From positions 3,840,001 through 3,904,000 of the forward strand of contig OY759353.1 in NCBI GenBank assembly GCA_963662315.1: DNA of 64,000 bases, in the 5' to 3' direction. Position numbers and translations under genes: made by a program. Shown here piece by piece: positions 1-9,675 of this stretch. Under the pieces are notes generated by a model. It had not been told where the DNA came from. It ran no database searches and saw only the letters and a program-made list of their open reading frames with translations. This stretch comes from Geopsychrobacteraceae bacterium. Its GTDB lineage: Bacteria > Desulfobacterota > Desulfuromonadia > Desulfuromonadales > Geopsychrobacteraceae. The first letter of the stretch is position 1. Each line of letters begins with the position of its first letter.

Positions 1-912
1 GCGGCATTTGCCATTGTCGGCATGGGGAAGCTGGGCGGGCTCGAACTGAATTATCACTCGGATCTCGATATCATCTTTATCTTTGAAGGCGCTGGAACAA
101 CCCGTCCCCTGCCGACAACCGACGTCACGCGGTTTCGTCAGCTCAGCAGTTACGAATACTTTGCCAAACTGGCACAGCGGATCATTTCCATCCTTACCCT
201 GGTCACGCGCGAAGGGGTGGTTTATCAGATTGATACCCGGCTGCGTCCGTCGGGAAATCAGGGGCCGCTGGTTTCAGGGTTTGATGCTTTTGTTCGCTAT
301 CATCAGGAATCCGCCCAACCCTGGGAGCGTCAGGCCATGACCAAGGCTCGGGTCGTATGCGGCCCTCCAGATTTTTGCCGGCGCTTGCAGGGGGTTATCA
401 GTGAATTGACTTTTGAACGACCTCTACCGGAGAATTTGAAAGAAGAGATTTCTCGCTTACGTGACCGGATGGAAGTAGAAATTGCTAAAGAGAATGATAA
501 GCTGATTAATATCAAGACCGGGCGCGGAGGTATGGTTGATGTTGAATTCATTACCCAATATCTTCAATTGCTGCACGCCGGTTCCGTAACCGAATTGCGT
601 CAGCAAGGAACCATTGCCCTGCTTGAATGTCTCGCCGAGAAACAGCTGATATGCAAAAATGATGCACGTCAACTGATTACTGGCTATCGGTTTTTAAGGC
701 GCCTTGAAAACCGTCTCAGGTTATTGTACGACCAGTCGATCAATGAATTGTCTACACAGCCAGCTGTTTTACGCAAGGTTGCTTTAAGTCTTGGCTTTGG
801 AACTCAGGGACTTAAGCCGGAAGTAGAGTTTCTCGACACCTATCAGCGCATCACCGAAGGTATACGAATGCTGCTTGAAAAATATTTGCGAGGGAACCAT
901 GGCCAACGCTGA
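1..912 (+). CDS. glnE: Glutamine synthetase adenylyltransferase, C-terminal part (5' end outside window)
   Basis: Frame is open from base 1 (AAFAIVG-MGKLGGLELNYHSDLD); motifs IDTRLRPSG, WERQA and IKTGRGGMVDVEF are typical of GlnE. Confidence 0.95.
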   Translation, partial: AAFAIVGMGKLGGLELNYHSDLDIIFIFEGAGTTRPLPTTDVTRFRQLSSYEYFAKLAQRIISILTLVTREGVVYQIDTRLRPSGNQGPLVSGFDAFVRYHQESAQPWERQAMTKARVVCGPPDFCRRLQGVISELTFERPLPENLKEEISRLRDRMEVEIAKENDKLINIKTGRGGMVDVEFITQYLQLLHAGSVTELRQQGTIALLECLAEKQLICKNDARQLITGYRFLRRLENRLRLLYDQSINELSTQPAVLRKVALSLGFGTQGLKPEVEFLDTYQRITEGIRMLLEKYLRGNHGQR

Positions 913-2794
913 AAAAAGAATCCTGATTATCGAGACCGAACTCGATCTACGTTATTTTTTACAGCAGGCGTTCAGCTCCGCCGGATTTAGAGTGGACGCT
1001 GTTGAGCGTGGCGCGGACGGTTTGAAACTACTGCTCACCGAAGAATTCCACTTGGCTTTGATCAACCTTGATATGCCCGAAATTTCCGGAGCCAATATCT
1101 GCCGTGCTCTGCGTAAGCACGACCAAACCAGGGAGTTGCCCCTGGTAATGATCTCCAATAAACCCTTCAACCCTGATACGTATGAGCAGGACAAACAAGC
1201 CTGCAATGTCGATGAGTTTTTGTATAAACCGATCACCGGCATCGATTTGGAGAATATGCTTGAGCGTGTGTTTAAGCGCCGCTCCCAACGTGCGGAGAAG
1301 AAGGAACAACCGATTCGGGATTTTACTATTCCGATTCTGCTGCATCGCTTTTATATGGAGAAGGAGACCGGGTTACTGCACCTTAACCACGGAAGTGCGA
1401 AAAAGGTGGTTTATATCAAGGAGGGCTATCCGATTTTTACCCGTTCCAACGTTCTGAATGAGTGTCTGGGGCGGATGCTGGTCAAAGAAGGGCGCATCAC
1501 CCAGGTTGACTGTGATCAGTCGGTGGAGCTCAGCCGCGCTTCCGGGCGTCTGCAAGGGACTGAATTGATCGGCATGGGGCTGTTGACACCCAAGGAGTTG
1601 CATGAAGCGCTGATCCATCAGGTCACTGAAAAATTATTGTCCACATTTTCCTGGCGCAACGGAACCTGGCAGTTTATTCCCGGTAAGGATTTTAAACGCA
1701 ATGTCACCCGTATCCAATTGACCCCAGCCACGCTTATTGCCAAAGGGATTGAACGTTTCTGGACCAGCGTGCAGCTCGATGACTATCTGGCGCCGTTTCG
1801 CTCAGATTACCTGAAGCAGACGGAAGACCCTCAATATCGTTTTCAGGATGTTGAGTTGAGTAAGCGTGGTCAGGCTATTCTGAAGAGTTGTCGAGGCACC
1901 CATACCCTTGAGCAGATCCTCGATGAACATCCTCTGGCGCGGCGAGAAGTACAGAAGATTCTTTCCGCGTTGTTAATCTCAGAACTTGTTGAGCGTCATA
2001 CGTTGCCGCAACCGGTTGCTGACGACGACATTGCCGTTGATGATGGTGACAAGATCATCGATTCCAAGTTGCGCTATAAAATTCTTGATGATTACCAGCG
2101 GATCGTTGGATCCAACTACTTTGTTGCTCTTGGCATCGCTGAGGATGGTAGCTCGGCAGAGGCACGGCGGGCCTACTATCGCCTGGCCAAAGAGTATCAC
2201 CCCGACCGCTATTTGGGGGGCGATCTTTCGCGCGAGATGAGCACCAAGATTAATGAGATCTTTCAATATGTTACCCAGGCCTATACGGTGCTGAGCGACC
2301 CGGAGACCCGTGCGAAATATGTTGAAGAACTGCATCACGGTCCAGCCAAGAAACTTGACATCAATCAGATTATCGAAGCTGAAGGAGCCTATCAGGAAGG
2401 GCGTGCTCTGATCAAAATCCGGCATTATGTCGGGGCAGCTAAGACCCTGAAGCGGGCTATCGAATTGAGTCCTGAAGAACCTGAGTATATGTCTGCTTAT
2501 GCCTGGGCGCTGTTCAAATCTAACCCTGAAAATGAGCAGATTCTCAATCAGGCACTGGAAATTCTGCTGGCAGCCAGGGAGTTAAATGCGCAGAACGATA
2601 TGACTCATTTGTATCTTGGTCATGTTTATCATGCGCTGCGCAAAGACCGGCAGGCCGAGAAAGCGTTTGAAATGGCGGTACAGGCCAATCCTGATTGTAC
2701 CGAAGCGTTGCGGGAACTGCGTCTGCTTAATTTGCGACGTGAGCATGTTCCTCAGAGTAAGGGCCTGTTTGGCAAGTTTCTTAAGAAGGATTAG
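899..2794 (+). CDS. Receiver-like + DUF4388-like + DnaJ (HPD) + TPR protein
   Basis: N-terminal REC fold, J-domain motif RRAYYRLAKEYHPDRY, C-terminal TPR-like helices; ATG at 899 overlaps the glnE end. Confidence 0.8.
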   Translation: MANAEKRILIIETELDLRYFLQQAFSSAGFRVDAVERGADGLKLLLTEEFHLALINLDMPEISGANICRALRKHDQTRELPLVMISNKPFNPDTYEQDKQACNVDEFLYKPITGIDLENMLERVFKRRSQRAEKKEQPIRDFTIPILLHRFYMEKETGLLHLNHGSAKKVVYIKEGYPIFTRSNVLNECLGRMLVKEGRITQVDCDQSVELSRASGRLQGTELIGMGLLTPKELHEALIHQVTEKLLSTFSWRNGTWQFIPGKDFKRNVTRIQLTPATLIAKGIERFWTSVQLDDYLAPFRSDYLKQTEDPQYRFQDVELSKRGQAILKSCRGTHTLEQILDEHPLARREVQKILSALLISELVERHTLPQPVADDDIAVDDGDKIIDSKLRYKILDDYQRIVGSNYFVALGIAEDGSSAEARRAYYRLAKEYHPDRYLGGDLSREMSTKINEIFQYVTQAYTVLSDPETRAKYVEELHHGPAKKLDINQIIEAEGAYQEGRALIKIRHYVGAAKTLKRAIELSPEEPEYMSAYAWALFKSNPENEQILNQALEILLAARELNAQNDMTHLYLGHVYHALRKDRQAEKAFEMAVQANPDCTEALRELRLLNLRREHVPQSKGLFGKFLKKD

Positions 2795-2798
2795 CTTG

Positions 2799-3566
2799 CT
2801 ATTGCTGTTTTCTGATCAAACCCAGGTCAAGCAGGTGACGTGGTTGAATGTTGCCTGCCGCGGCGATCATGCTGTGGCGAATCTGGGGAATATCCTTGCT
2901 GAGCGTGGCGATGAGCTGTTTCATGCGCTGACGCTGCTGATCTTCCTGGGCCGCCGCCGGACAGCCACAGTTGATAAGCGGAAATTTCCTTAGCTGGCTG
3001 TAGGCCCGAATATCCTGTTCCTCCACATAAACCAGTGGCCGGATGACCGTATGCTGACCGTTGTCAGCTTCAAGTTTGGCACTCATCGCCGCAATGGTAC
3101 CAACATAAAACTGGTTCAGAAGCAAGGTCTCAATAACGTCGTCAAGGTGATGCCCCAGCGCAATTTTGTTGCATCCCAGTTCTGTTGCCAGCGTATACAG
3201 GTGCCCACGTCGCAACCGCGCACAGAACGCACAGTAGGAAGATCCCGGCCGGAGCTTCTCTTCAATAATCTGGTAGCTTGCTGTTGTTTCCATGCGGTAG
3301 GTAAAACCGTGGTTTTGCAAGTGCTGCTCAATAATGTTTTTCTGGTAGCCGGGGAAGCCGGCATCAAAATTGACGGCAATCAGTTCATATTTAACCGGTG
3401 CCTTGCGGCGCAGAGCCTCAAGAACATGCAAAAGCGTGTACGAGTCTTTGCCTCCGGATACCCCGACGGCAATGCGGTCTCCATCCTCAATAAGATTAAA
3501 GTCGCCAATCGCCTTACCGACCAGCTTGCGAATCTTGTTGAATAATTTCAGTTCTGTGTTTTTCAT
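2799..3566 (-). CDS. ttcA: tRNA 2-thiocytidine(32) synthetase
   Basis: PP-loop SGGKDS, CAFC-ARLRRG, ALGHHLDD, C-terminal CGC; ATG at 3566 preceded by AGGAGA. Confidence 0.92.
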   Translation of the reverse strand: MKNTELKLFNKIRKLVGKAIGDFNLIEDGDRIAVGVSGGKDSYTLLHVLEALRRKAPVKYELIAVNFDAGFPGYQKNIIEQHLQNHGFTYRMETTASYQIIEEKLRPGSSYCAFCARLRRGHLYTLATELGCNKIALGHHLDDVIETLLLNQFYVGTIAAMSAKLEADNGQHTVIRPLVYVEEQDIRAYSQLRKFPLINCGCPAAAQEDQQRQRMKQLIATLSKDIPQIRHSMIAAAGNIQPRHLLDLGLIRKQQ

Positions 3567-3720
3567 GTCTCTCCTTTTCCTTCGTGGAACAGCATTTGTA
3601 AAAGAAAAAGGCGGAAAATTCAAGTCTTCCTGGTCCTGATAGGTAACTTGGAGCGGTTTTTGCTTTTAGTATCCAGGTACGTCAAAATTATTATCCCGGT
3701 TGTAAGGATGGAGGACCTGT

Positions 3721-4470
3721 ATGAGTATCGATACGCTACGCTCTGTCGCTGCTTCCCTGGCACCACTGATGGATGGTGACGGTCAGGTGCAGGCGGCTGG
3801 AAAAGGCACTGCACGTTTTGCTAAACTTCTTGATGGCCTTTCTAGTGCTCCGGAATCGTTGCGTAAATCACCACAGGGATTAGCGTCAATGGCCCATCTG
3901 ACTCAGCTTCAGATGTTGCATAGTCTGTTCGTTGACGAAGAGGATAACGACGACAATGACAGTCTGTTTACCGCAGCACAGACTTTAGGAGAATTCAGTC
4001 TGCTGCAGGCACAGAAAAGTCAATATATTGACAAGTATTGTGCGCATCAGCGACCTTCTGTGCAGCTGAATCAACCCCAGGAGCGTCAGGATATTGACCG
4101 GCTTATTGATCAGGTTGCTGAAAAAGTCAGTCTGGCACCGGCTCTTATTCACTCCGTAGTTGCCACTGAAAGTGCCTACCGGACTGATGCCATATCTCCC
4201 GTCGGTGCACAGGGATTAATGCAGTTGATGCCGGAAACCGCAAAAGAGCTTGGTGTAACCGACAGCTTTAATGCCCATGAAAATCTGCTGGGTGGCAGCC
4301 GCTACCTGAAGCAGTTGCTGGATAAATATGATGGTGATCTTGATCATGCCCTGGCCGCCTATAATTGGGGGCAGGGGAATGTTGATCGCCATGGCCTGGC
4401 CAAAATGCCGGCAGAAACACGTAACTATCTGGCAAGAGTCAAGTCACTATTGGGTAACCAGGCGCTATAG
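3721..4470 (+). CDS. Lytic transglycosylase (SLT domain)
   Basis: Motifs ES..AISPVGAQGLMQLMP, ALAAYNWG and ETRNY. Confidence 0.92.
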   Translation: MSIDTLRSVAASLAPLMDGDGQVQAAGKGTARFAKLLDGLSSAPESLRKSPQGLASMAHLTQLQMLHSLFVDEEDNDDNDSLFTAAQTLGEFSLLQAQKSQYIDKYCAHQRPSVQLNQPQERQDIDRLIDQVAEKVSLAPALIHSVVATESAYRTDAISPVGAQGLMQLMPETAKELGVTDSFNAHENLLGGSRYLKQLLDKYDGDLDHALAAYNWGQGNVDRHGLAKMPAETRNYLARVKSLLGNQAL

Positions 4471-4481
4471 GGACGCTATTC

Positions 4482-5117
4482 TCATGTCGTTGTTGTCTGG
4501 CCGAAGCGCCGTAATTGGCGGTCATGGTAGCCGCTGAGAGTGACCAGGGCCAGAATAGCACCGATCAGGGCTAAAGCCATGTCAGATTGGGTGTCCCAGA
4601 TATAGCCCTGGGTGCCGAGAAAAGCATCTGCTGCTTCATGCGACAGCAGGGCAACCCACCACTCGATCAGCTCGTAAAAGGCACTGATCGCCAGGCAGAT
4701 ACAGATGATAAAAAAGTTCTGCCACCCGTGTCCATTCACAACTCGAAGGCGGCTCAGGATCTCTCTGGCAACCAGCGCTGGCACAAAGCCCTGGGCAAGG
4801 TGGCCAACTTTATCGTAGTTATTCCGGCTCAGTGAAAAAAACTCTTTTAGCCAGTCAAACAAAGGTACCTTGGCATAGGTATAGTGGCCGCCAACCATCA
4901 GGATAAGACAGTGAATCAGGATCAGCTGGTAGGCCAGAGAGGAAAGGGGGAAGCGTTTAAAGGTGAGTGCAAGGATGGCAAGGCCGAGCAGCGCCGGAAA
5001 CACCTCAAGAAACCAGGTCAACTTATCGGAGGGGTCGATGACCGACCAGATGAGAACCGCAAAATAGATCAATAACCAGACAATAATCGCATGTTTTTCC
5101 GGCCGGGCTGTCGTCAT
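4482..5117 (-). CDS. DUF2238/YjdF-like membrane protein
   Basis: Motifs GGHYTYAKVP, RNNYDKVGH, YELIEWW and FLGTQGYIWDTQSDM. Confidence 0.85.
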   Translation of the reverse strand: MTTARPEKHAIIVWLLIYFAVLIWSVIDPSDKLTWFLEVFPALLGLAILALTFKRFPLSSLAYQLILIHCLILMVGGHYTYAKVPLFDWLKEFFSLSRNNYDKVGHLAQGFVPALVAREILSRLRVVNGHGWQNFFIICICLAISAFYELIEWWVALLSHEAADAFLGTQGYIWDTQSDMALALIGAILALVTLSGYHDRQLRRFGQTTTT

Positions 5118-5125
5118 GTCCGCTC

Positions 5126-5479
5126 CTAATAGGTTTGATACATTTCTTTGCCGTTAGCAAGGTTGAGCCAGCCTTTGGCAATACGGTAAATGAGCCAAAG
5201 CATTCCTGCCGTCAGTATAATATAGCCAACCAGGAAGAGCAGGGTGATAAGCCCGATCGCTGACCACAGCAGACCGAACCAGAACGTTCTGATCTGCCAG
5301 CGGAAGTGCGATTCAAGCCAGGTTCCTCTGACATCATCACGTTTTACATAATTAATGATGATTGCGGCAAACAGCGAGATGCCAAAGAAGAAAGACAGCG
5401 CCTGAAGGGCATAAATAAGGGTAGTGATGTTACGGGCGCTGTTATCATTGCCGGGGATGGTGATGGGTTCTTGGTACAT
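5126..5479 (-). CDS. Small membrane protein (DUF4870-like)
   Basis: Motif INYVKRDDVRGTWLESHFRWQIRTFW with hydrophobic helices. Confidence 0.75.
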   Translation of the reverse strand: MYQEPITIPGNDNSARNITTLIYALQALSFFFGISLFAAIIINYVKRDDVRGTWLESHFRWQIRTFWFGLLWSAIGLITLLFLVGYIILTAGMLWLIYRIAKGWLNLANGKEMYQTY

Positions 5480-5605
5480 TGCTGATCCGCTGCTTTCAAT
5501 AATTGATTTGAGAATAAGATATATTCTTCAAGCAGTATAGCTGAGCAGGGCAGGTAAAGAAAGTGTGTTGACTAACGCAAAATATGGAAAAATCGGTGCC
5601 GGGGT

Positions 5606-5650
5606 AAACAGACAGGCCTCCCATATTAACTGCGGGAGGCCTGTTTGTTT
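5606..5650 (-). terminator. Intrinsic terminator hairpin downstream of the FadR gene
   Basis: Inverted repeat AAACAGACAGGCCTCCC..GGGAGGCCTGTTTGTTT. Confidence 0.7.
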
Positions 5651-5695
5651 AGATGCTTCGCGTATGTGTACATGAGGAGCCGTCCGAGGAGCAGA

Positions 5696-6418
5696 TCAGG
5701 CCTGGCTGGATGATTCCATAAGCAACGCTTGATACAGGTTACGACTGGTCATCAGATGATTCCTCATGGCTTTGCGCGCTTCAACTTCCTCATTCGCTGA
5801 AATTGCCGCGTAAATGCGATGGTGTTCCTGAAGAATCTTGCGCAGGTAGTCTTTCAGTTTGTCTGGATCCATTTCGTTTTTATAAAGCCGCGAGCGAGGG
5901 ATAACCTTATCCTGTAAAAAATTGAAAAATTCGACGTAACGGGAATTGTTGGTCGATGCGGCAATGGCTTTGTGGAAATCATAGTCTGCCGTATCTGCGG
6001 AGTGACCGGCTTCAATAGATTTTTCCATAACGCGCAACGATTCCAGCAACTTCATCAGTTGGGCCGTAGTCCGGCGTGTGGCAGCCAGTCCGGCGGCTTC
6101 AATCTCTACTGCCATCCTTAACTCAAGAACCTCTAGGATGTCAGACAAATCAGCGTATTCAGCATTGAAAAGGGTGTTTTTTTCTTCCCCTTTTGTCTGA
6201 TGTAAAACATAGACGCCAGCCCCCTGGCGTGATTCAAGAATCCCCGCCGCTTTCAGTGCGGCAATCGCCTCGCGGACAACCGTTCTGCTAACGCCGAACT
6301 GTTTGGTTAGCGTAGGTTCGGTCGGCAGGCGCATTCCTGGTCTGTAACGACCTTCTTTAATGTCGGTCTGCAGTGATTTAATGACTTTGTCAGTCAGTGA
6401 AACGCGTGGTGTTACCAT
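5696..6418 (-). CDS. FadR/GntR-family transcriptional regulator
   Basis: wHTH RLPTE..L...FGVSRTVVREAI and an FCD domain with DYDFH. Confidence 0.93.
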   Translation of the reverse strand: MVTPRVSLTDKVIKSLQTDIKEGRYRPGMRLPTEPTLTKQFGVSRTVVREAIAALKAAGILESRQGAGVYVLHQTKGEEKNTLFNAEYADLSDILEVLELRMAVEIEAAGLAATRRTTAQLMKLLESLRVMEKSIEAGHSADTADYDFHKAIAASTNNSRYVEFFNFLQDKVIPRSRLYKNEMDPDKLKDYLRKILQEHHRIYAAISANEEVEARKAMRNHLMTSRNLYQALLMESSSQA

Positions 6419-6532
6419 CTCTATCTCCCTGGAAATTAATCCAGCATCATAAGTCAGAACAACACAAATGATCAATACTAAAACAGTATCTTTGAATATG
6501 ATTATATGTGTTCTGTTAATTCGTACTACGCA

Positions 6533-6562
6533 TTGACAATATTGATATGATAACCGTATTAT
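6533..6562 (+). promoter_or_regulatory. Possible sigma70 promoter for the DHDPS-garR-glycerate kinase operon
   Basis: TTGACA-N18-TATTAT in the divergent intergenic region. Confidence 0.35.
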
Positions 6563-6677
6563 GCAAACGCATCTGGATGGAGGGCGTTTGTTGGCAGTTC
6601 GGCACGAGACTTAATTATTGGACAATCGATATCGGTCGAAATAGAGATCCAATATACATGAAAAATAGAAGACTTTT

Positions 6678-7210
6678 ATGGATATAAGCTTTATCAAGAG
6701 GGTTATCCCTCCCATCGTTACACCGACTAACGAAAATGATGTCATTAAAGAATCTGTTCAGTGCGACATCGTTGATCATATCATCAAGGGTGGAGTACAC
6801 GGTATACTGGCATTAGGCAGTAATGGTGAATTCTATGGCCTCGATCCTGAGCAGCAGGAGCGTAGCGGCCAGATTGTTATTGATCAGGCCGCTGGCCGCG
6901 TACCGGTTTACTTCGGTATCGGGAGCATTACGACCCGCGAGTGTGTCAAGTGGGCTAAAAAAGCTGAAGAGCTCAAAGCTGATGCAATCAGTGTTCTGCA
7001 TCCCATGTTCATTGGGCCCAATGATGAAGAAATGTACCAGCACTTTAAAGCCGTCGCTGAAGCAACCAGCACTGCCAGTGCTGATTTACAACAATCCTGA
7101 TCGGATTTGATATGGGCGAACCGATCAAACCGAATACTCGCAGCAATCCGGAAGTTCTTGCGGTCCTGCAGAAACATCTGGATACCCTGGACGCAAAGAA
7201 GCTGGTTTGA
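6678..7210 (+). pseudogene. DHDPS/KDG-aldolase-family pseudogene (frameshift plus large internal deletion)
   Basis: N-terminal IPPIVTP and LGSNGEF; the frame shifts before LPVLIYNNPDRI, then jumps to a C-terminal-like GFDMGEPIKP...KKLV*. Confidence 0.8.
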
Positions 7211-7259
7211 TTTTAGCGGATCAGTTTGAAGACAAAGAATCAACAACAAGGAGCGAATC

Positions 7260-8144
7260 ATGAAAATCGGATTTATCGGACTTGGCATCATGGGCAAACC
7301 CATGAGCAAGAACCTGATCAAGGCAGGTTACGATCTGGTCGTCTGTGACCTGAACCCCGCAGCCGTTGCAGACGTTGTTGCCGCTGGCGCAGCCAGCGCC
7401 CCAAGCGCGAAAGCCGTTGCAGAAGTTGCTGACGTCATCATCACCATGCTCCCCAACGCACCCCAGGTCAAAGCCGTTGTACTGGGCGCCGATGGTGTTC
7501 TTGAAGGGGCCAAGCCGGGCAGTGTTGTCATCGACATGAGCTCCATCGCTCCGCTCGCCAGCCAGGAAGTGGCTGCCAAACTGGCGAAAAAAGAGGTCGC
7601 CATGCTTGACGCTCCGGTCTCAGGCGGCGAACCGAAAGCCATCGATGGCACCCTGTCGGTTATGGTCGGGGGCGAGAAGGAGGTTTTTGACAGGTATTAC
7701 GATATCATGAAAGCCATGGCCGGTTCCGTTGTCTACACCGGAAAAATTGGTGCCGGCAACGTCACCAAGCTCGCCAATCAGATGATCGTTGCCATCAACA
7801 TCGCGGCCATGAGCGAAGCCCTGGTGCTGGCCACCAAGGCCGGTGTCGAACCTGACCTGGTCTATCAGGCCATTCGTGGCGGTTTGGCCGGCAGCACCGT
7901 CCTTGACGCTAAAGCGCCCCTGGTCATGGATCGCAAATTTGATCCGGGTTTCCGCATCAGCCTGCATATCAAAGACCTGGCTAACGCTCTTGACACCGCT
8001 CATGAAGTTGGTGTACCGGTACAGATGACAGCAGCCGTCATGGAAATGATGCAGGCCATGAAAGTCGACGGCATGGACGGCCTCGATCACGGCGCCCTGA
8101 TCCGTCACTACGAGAAACTTGCCCGGGTTGAAGTCAAGCGCTAA
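7260..8144 (+). CDS. garR: 2-hydroxy-3-oxopropionate (tartronate semialdehyde) reductase
   Basis: Motifs MKIGFIGLGIMGKPMSKNL, DAPVSGGEPKAIDGTL and KLANQ. Confidence 0.93.
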   Translation: MKIGFIGLGIMGKPMSKNLIKAGYDLVVCDLNPAAVADVVAAGAASAPSAKAVAEVADVIITMLPNAPQVKAVVLGADGVLEGAKPGSVVIDMSSIAPLASQEVAAKLAKKEVAMLDAPVSGGEPKAIDGTLSVMVGGEKEVFDRYYDIMKAMAGSVVYTGKIGAGNVTKLANQMIVAINIAAMSEALVLATKAGVEPDLVYQAIRGGLAGSTVLDAKAPLVMDRKFDPGFRISLHIKDLANALDTAHEVGVPVQMTAAVMEMMQAMKVDGMDGLDHGALIRHYEKLARVEVKR

Positions 8145-8289
8145 GCAAACCAAGGCACTTTCATAATGGCTTTGGTAAGGGCTGCAATCAGCAGCCTTTG
8201 GCAAAGCTTGCAACAATCCACATCAGGCTATTTCCGGCACGACTCCAGGGGGCTTTTCAGGCTTCCGTCAATCACATTGGATAGATATT

Positions 8290-9429
8290 ATGAAGATCGT
8301 TATTGCCCCCGATTCGTTTAAGGAAAGTTTAAGCTCCATGGAGGTTGCGTCAGCGATTGAAGCGGGTTTTAAAGCCATCTATCCGGTTGCTGAATATGTG
8401 AAGCTGCCGATTGCCGATGGTGGCGAAGGAACCGTTGCCGCTCTGGTCGAAGCGACCGACGGAGAACTCGTCAAACTGAATGTCACCGGTCCCCTGGGCA
8501 CCTCCGTCGAATCCTTTTATGGACGCAGTGGTGACGGGAGGACTGCCGTTATCGAAATGGCTGCGGCCAGTGGTCTGGACCTGGTCCCGCCTGCCCGGCG
8601 CAACCCACTGGTAACGACCAGCTTTGGTACCGGGGAGCTGATTTTACATGCCCTTGATAGCGGTGTTCGTAACTTTATTATCGGCATTGGCGGCAGTGCG
8701 ACCAATGATGGCGGCGTGGGCATGCTGCAGGCATTAGGTGCTAGGCTGCTGGACAGTAATGGTACCCAGATTGGCTATGGAGGAGGGAGTATCGCCTCGC
8801 TGGACAGTATTGAAACCAGCGGTCTTGATGCCCGCCTCAAGGAATGTCGCGTTCAGGTGGCTTGCGATGTCGATAACCCTCTGACCGGTGAGCGTGGTGC
8901 CTCTGCCATTTTTGGTCCTCAAAAAGGCGCGACCCCTCAGATGGTTGCTCAACTTGATCAGAACCTTGCGCATTTTGCGGAACTGATTCGCAGGAATTTG
9001 AATAAGGATATCGAGCGGAGCGCCGGCGCTGGAGCTGCAGGCGGTATGGGCGCGGCCCTGCTGGCTTTTCTTGAGGCCGATCTGCGCCCCGGGGTTGAGA
9101 TTGTTGTTGAGGCCATCAAACTGGCAGATGCCGTCAAAGGAGCCAGTCTGGTGATTACCGGCGAAGGTCGAATGGACAAGCAGACCGTATTCGGAAAGGC
9201 TCCTATAGGTGTTGCCAAAGTTGCTGCCGTGCAGAAGGTTCCGGTTATCGGTCTGGCAGGCAGTCTAGGCGATGGGGTTGAGGCCGTTTTTGAGCATGGT
9301 ATCACGGCGGTTTTCAGTGTTGTCACTGGACCCTGTTCCTTGGAACAGGCTCTAAACGACGCCAGCACCAATATTGAAACTACAGCTCGCAATGTCGCTG
9401 CGCTGTTGCAATGCCAACTTTGGCTTTGA
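8290..9429 (+). CDS. garK: Glycerate kinase (GarK/GlxK family)
   Basis: Motifs MKIVIAPDSFKESL, DGGEGT, GGSATNDGG and TGEGRMD. Confidence 0.92.
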   Translation: MKIVIAPDSFKESLSSMEVASAIEAGFKAIYPVAEYVKLPIADGGEGTVAALVEATDGELVKLNVTGPLGTSVESFYGRSGDGRTAVIEMAAASGLDLVPPARRNPLVTTSFGTGELILHALDSGVRNFIIGIGGSATNDGGVGMLQALGARLLDSNGTQIGYGGGSIASLDSIETSGLDARLKECRVQVACDVDNPLTGERGASAIFGPQKGATPQMVAQLDQNLAHFAELIRRNLNKDIERSAGAGAAGGMGAALLAFLEADLRPGVEIVVEAIKLADAVKGASLVITGEGRMDKQTVFGKAPIGVAKVAAVQKVPVIGLAGSLGDGVEAVFEHGITAVFSVVTGPCSLEQALNDASTNIETTARNVAALLQCQLWL

Positions 9430-9675
9430 ATGACAGGAGTTCCATAAGGCCAAGTGCTGAGCCCTTCAAACGCTAGCCAGCAGTCGAGAATTCCTGCGGT
9501 GCCTCTATCTCCGGCGATGGAGTTTACGCTTTCGCCGGTAATATGCGGAACAGGGGATTTATGTTGATGACAAGATTTAGAGCGAGATCAAAATTATGTA
9601 ATTGAGTCTATGAAGAGAGGGCGTCAGTGGCGCGATTCTGTTCATCTTTTTTAAGCCACGCAGGAGTTATTCTTT

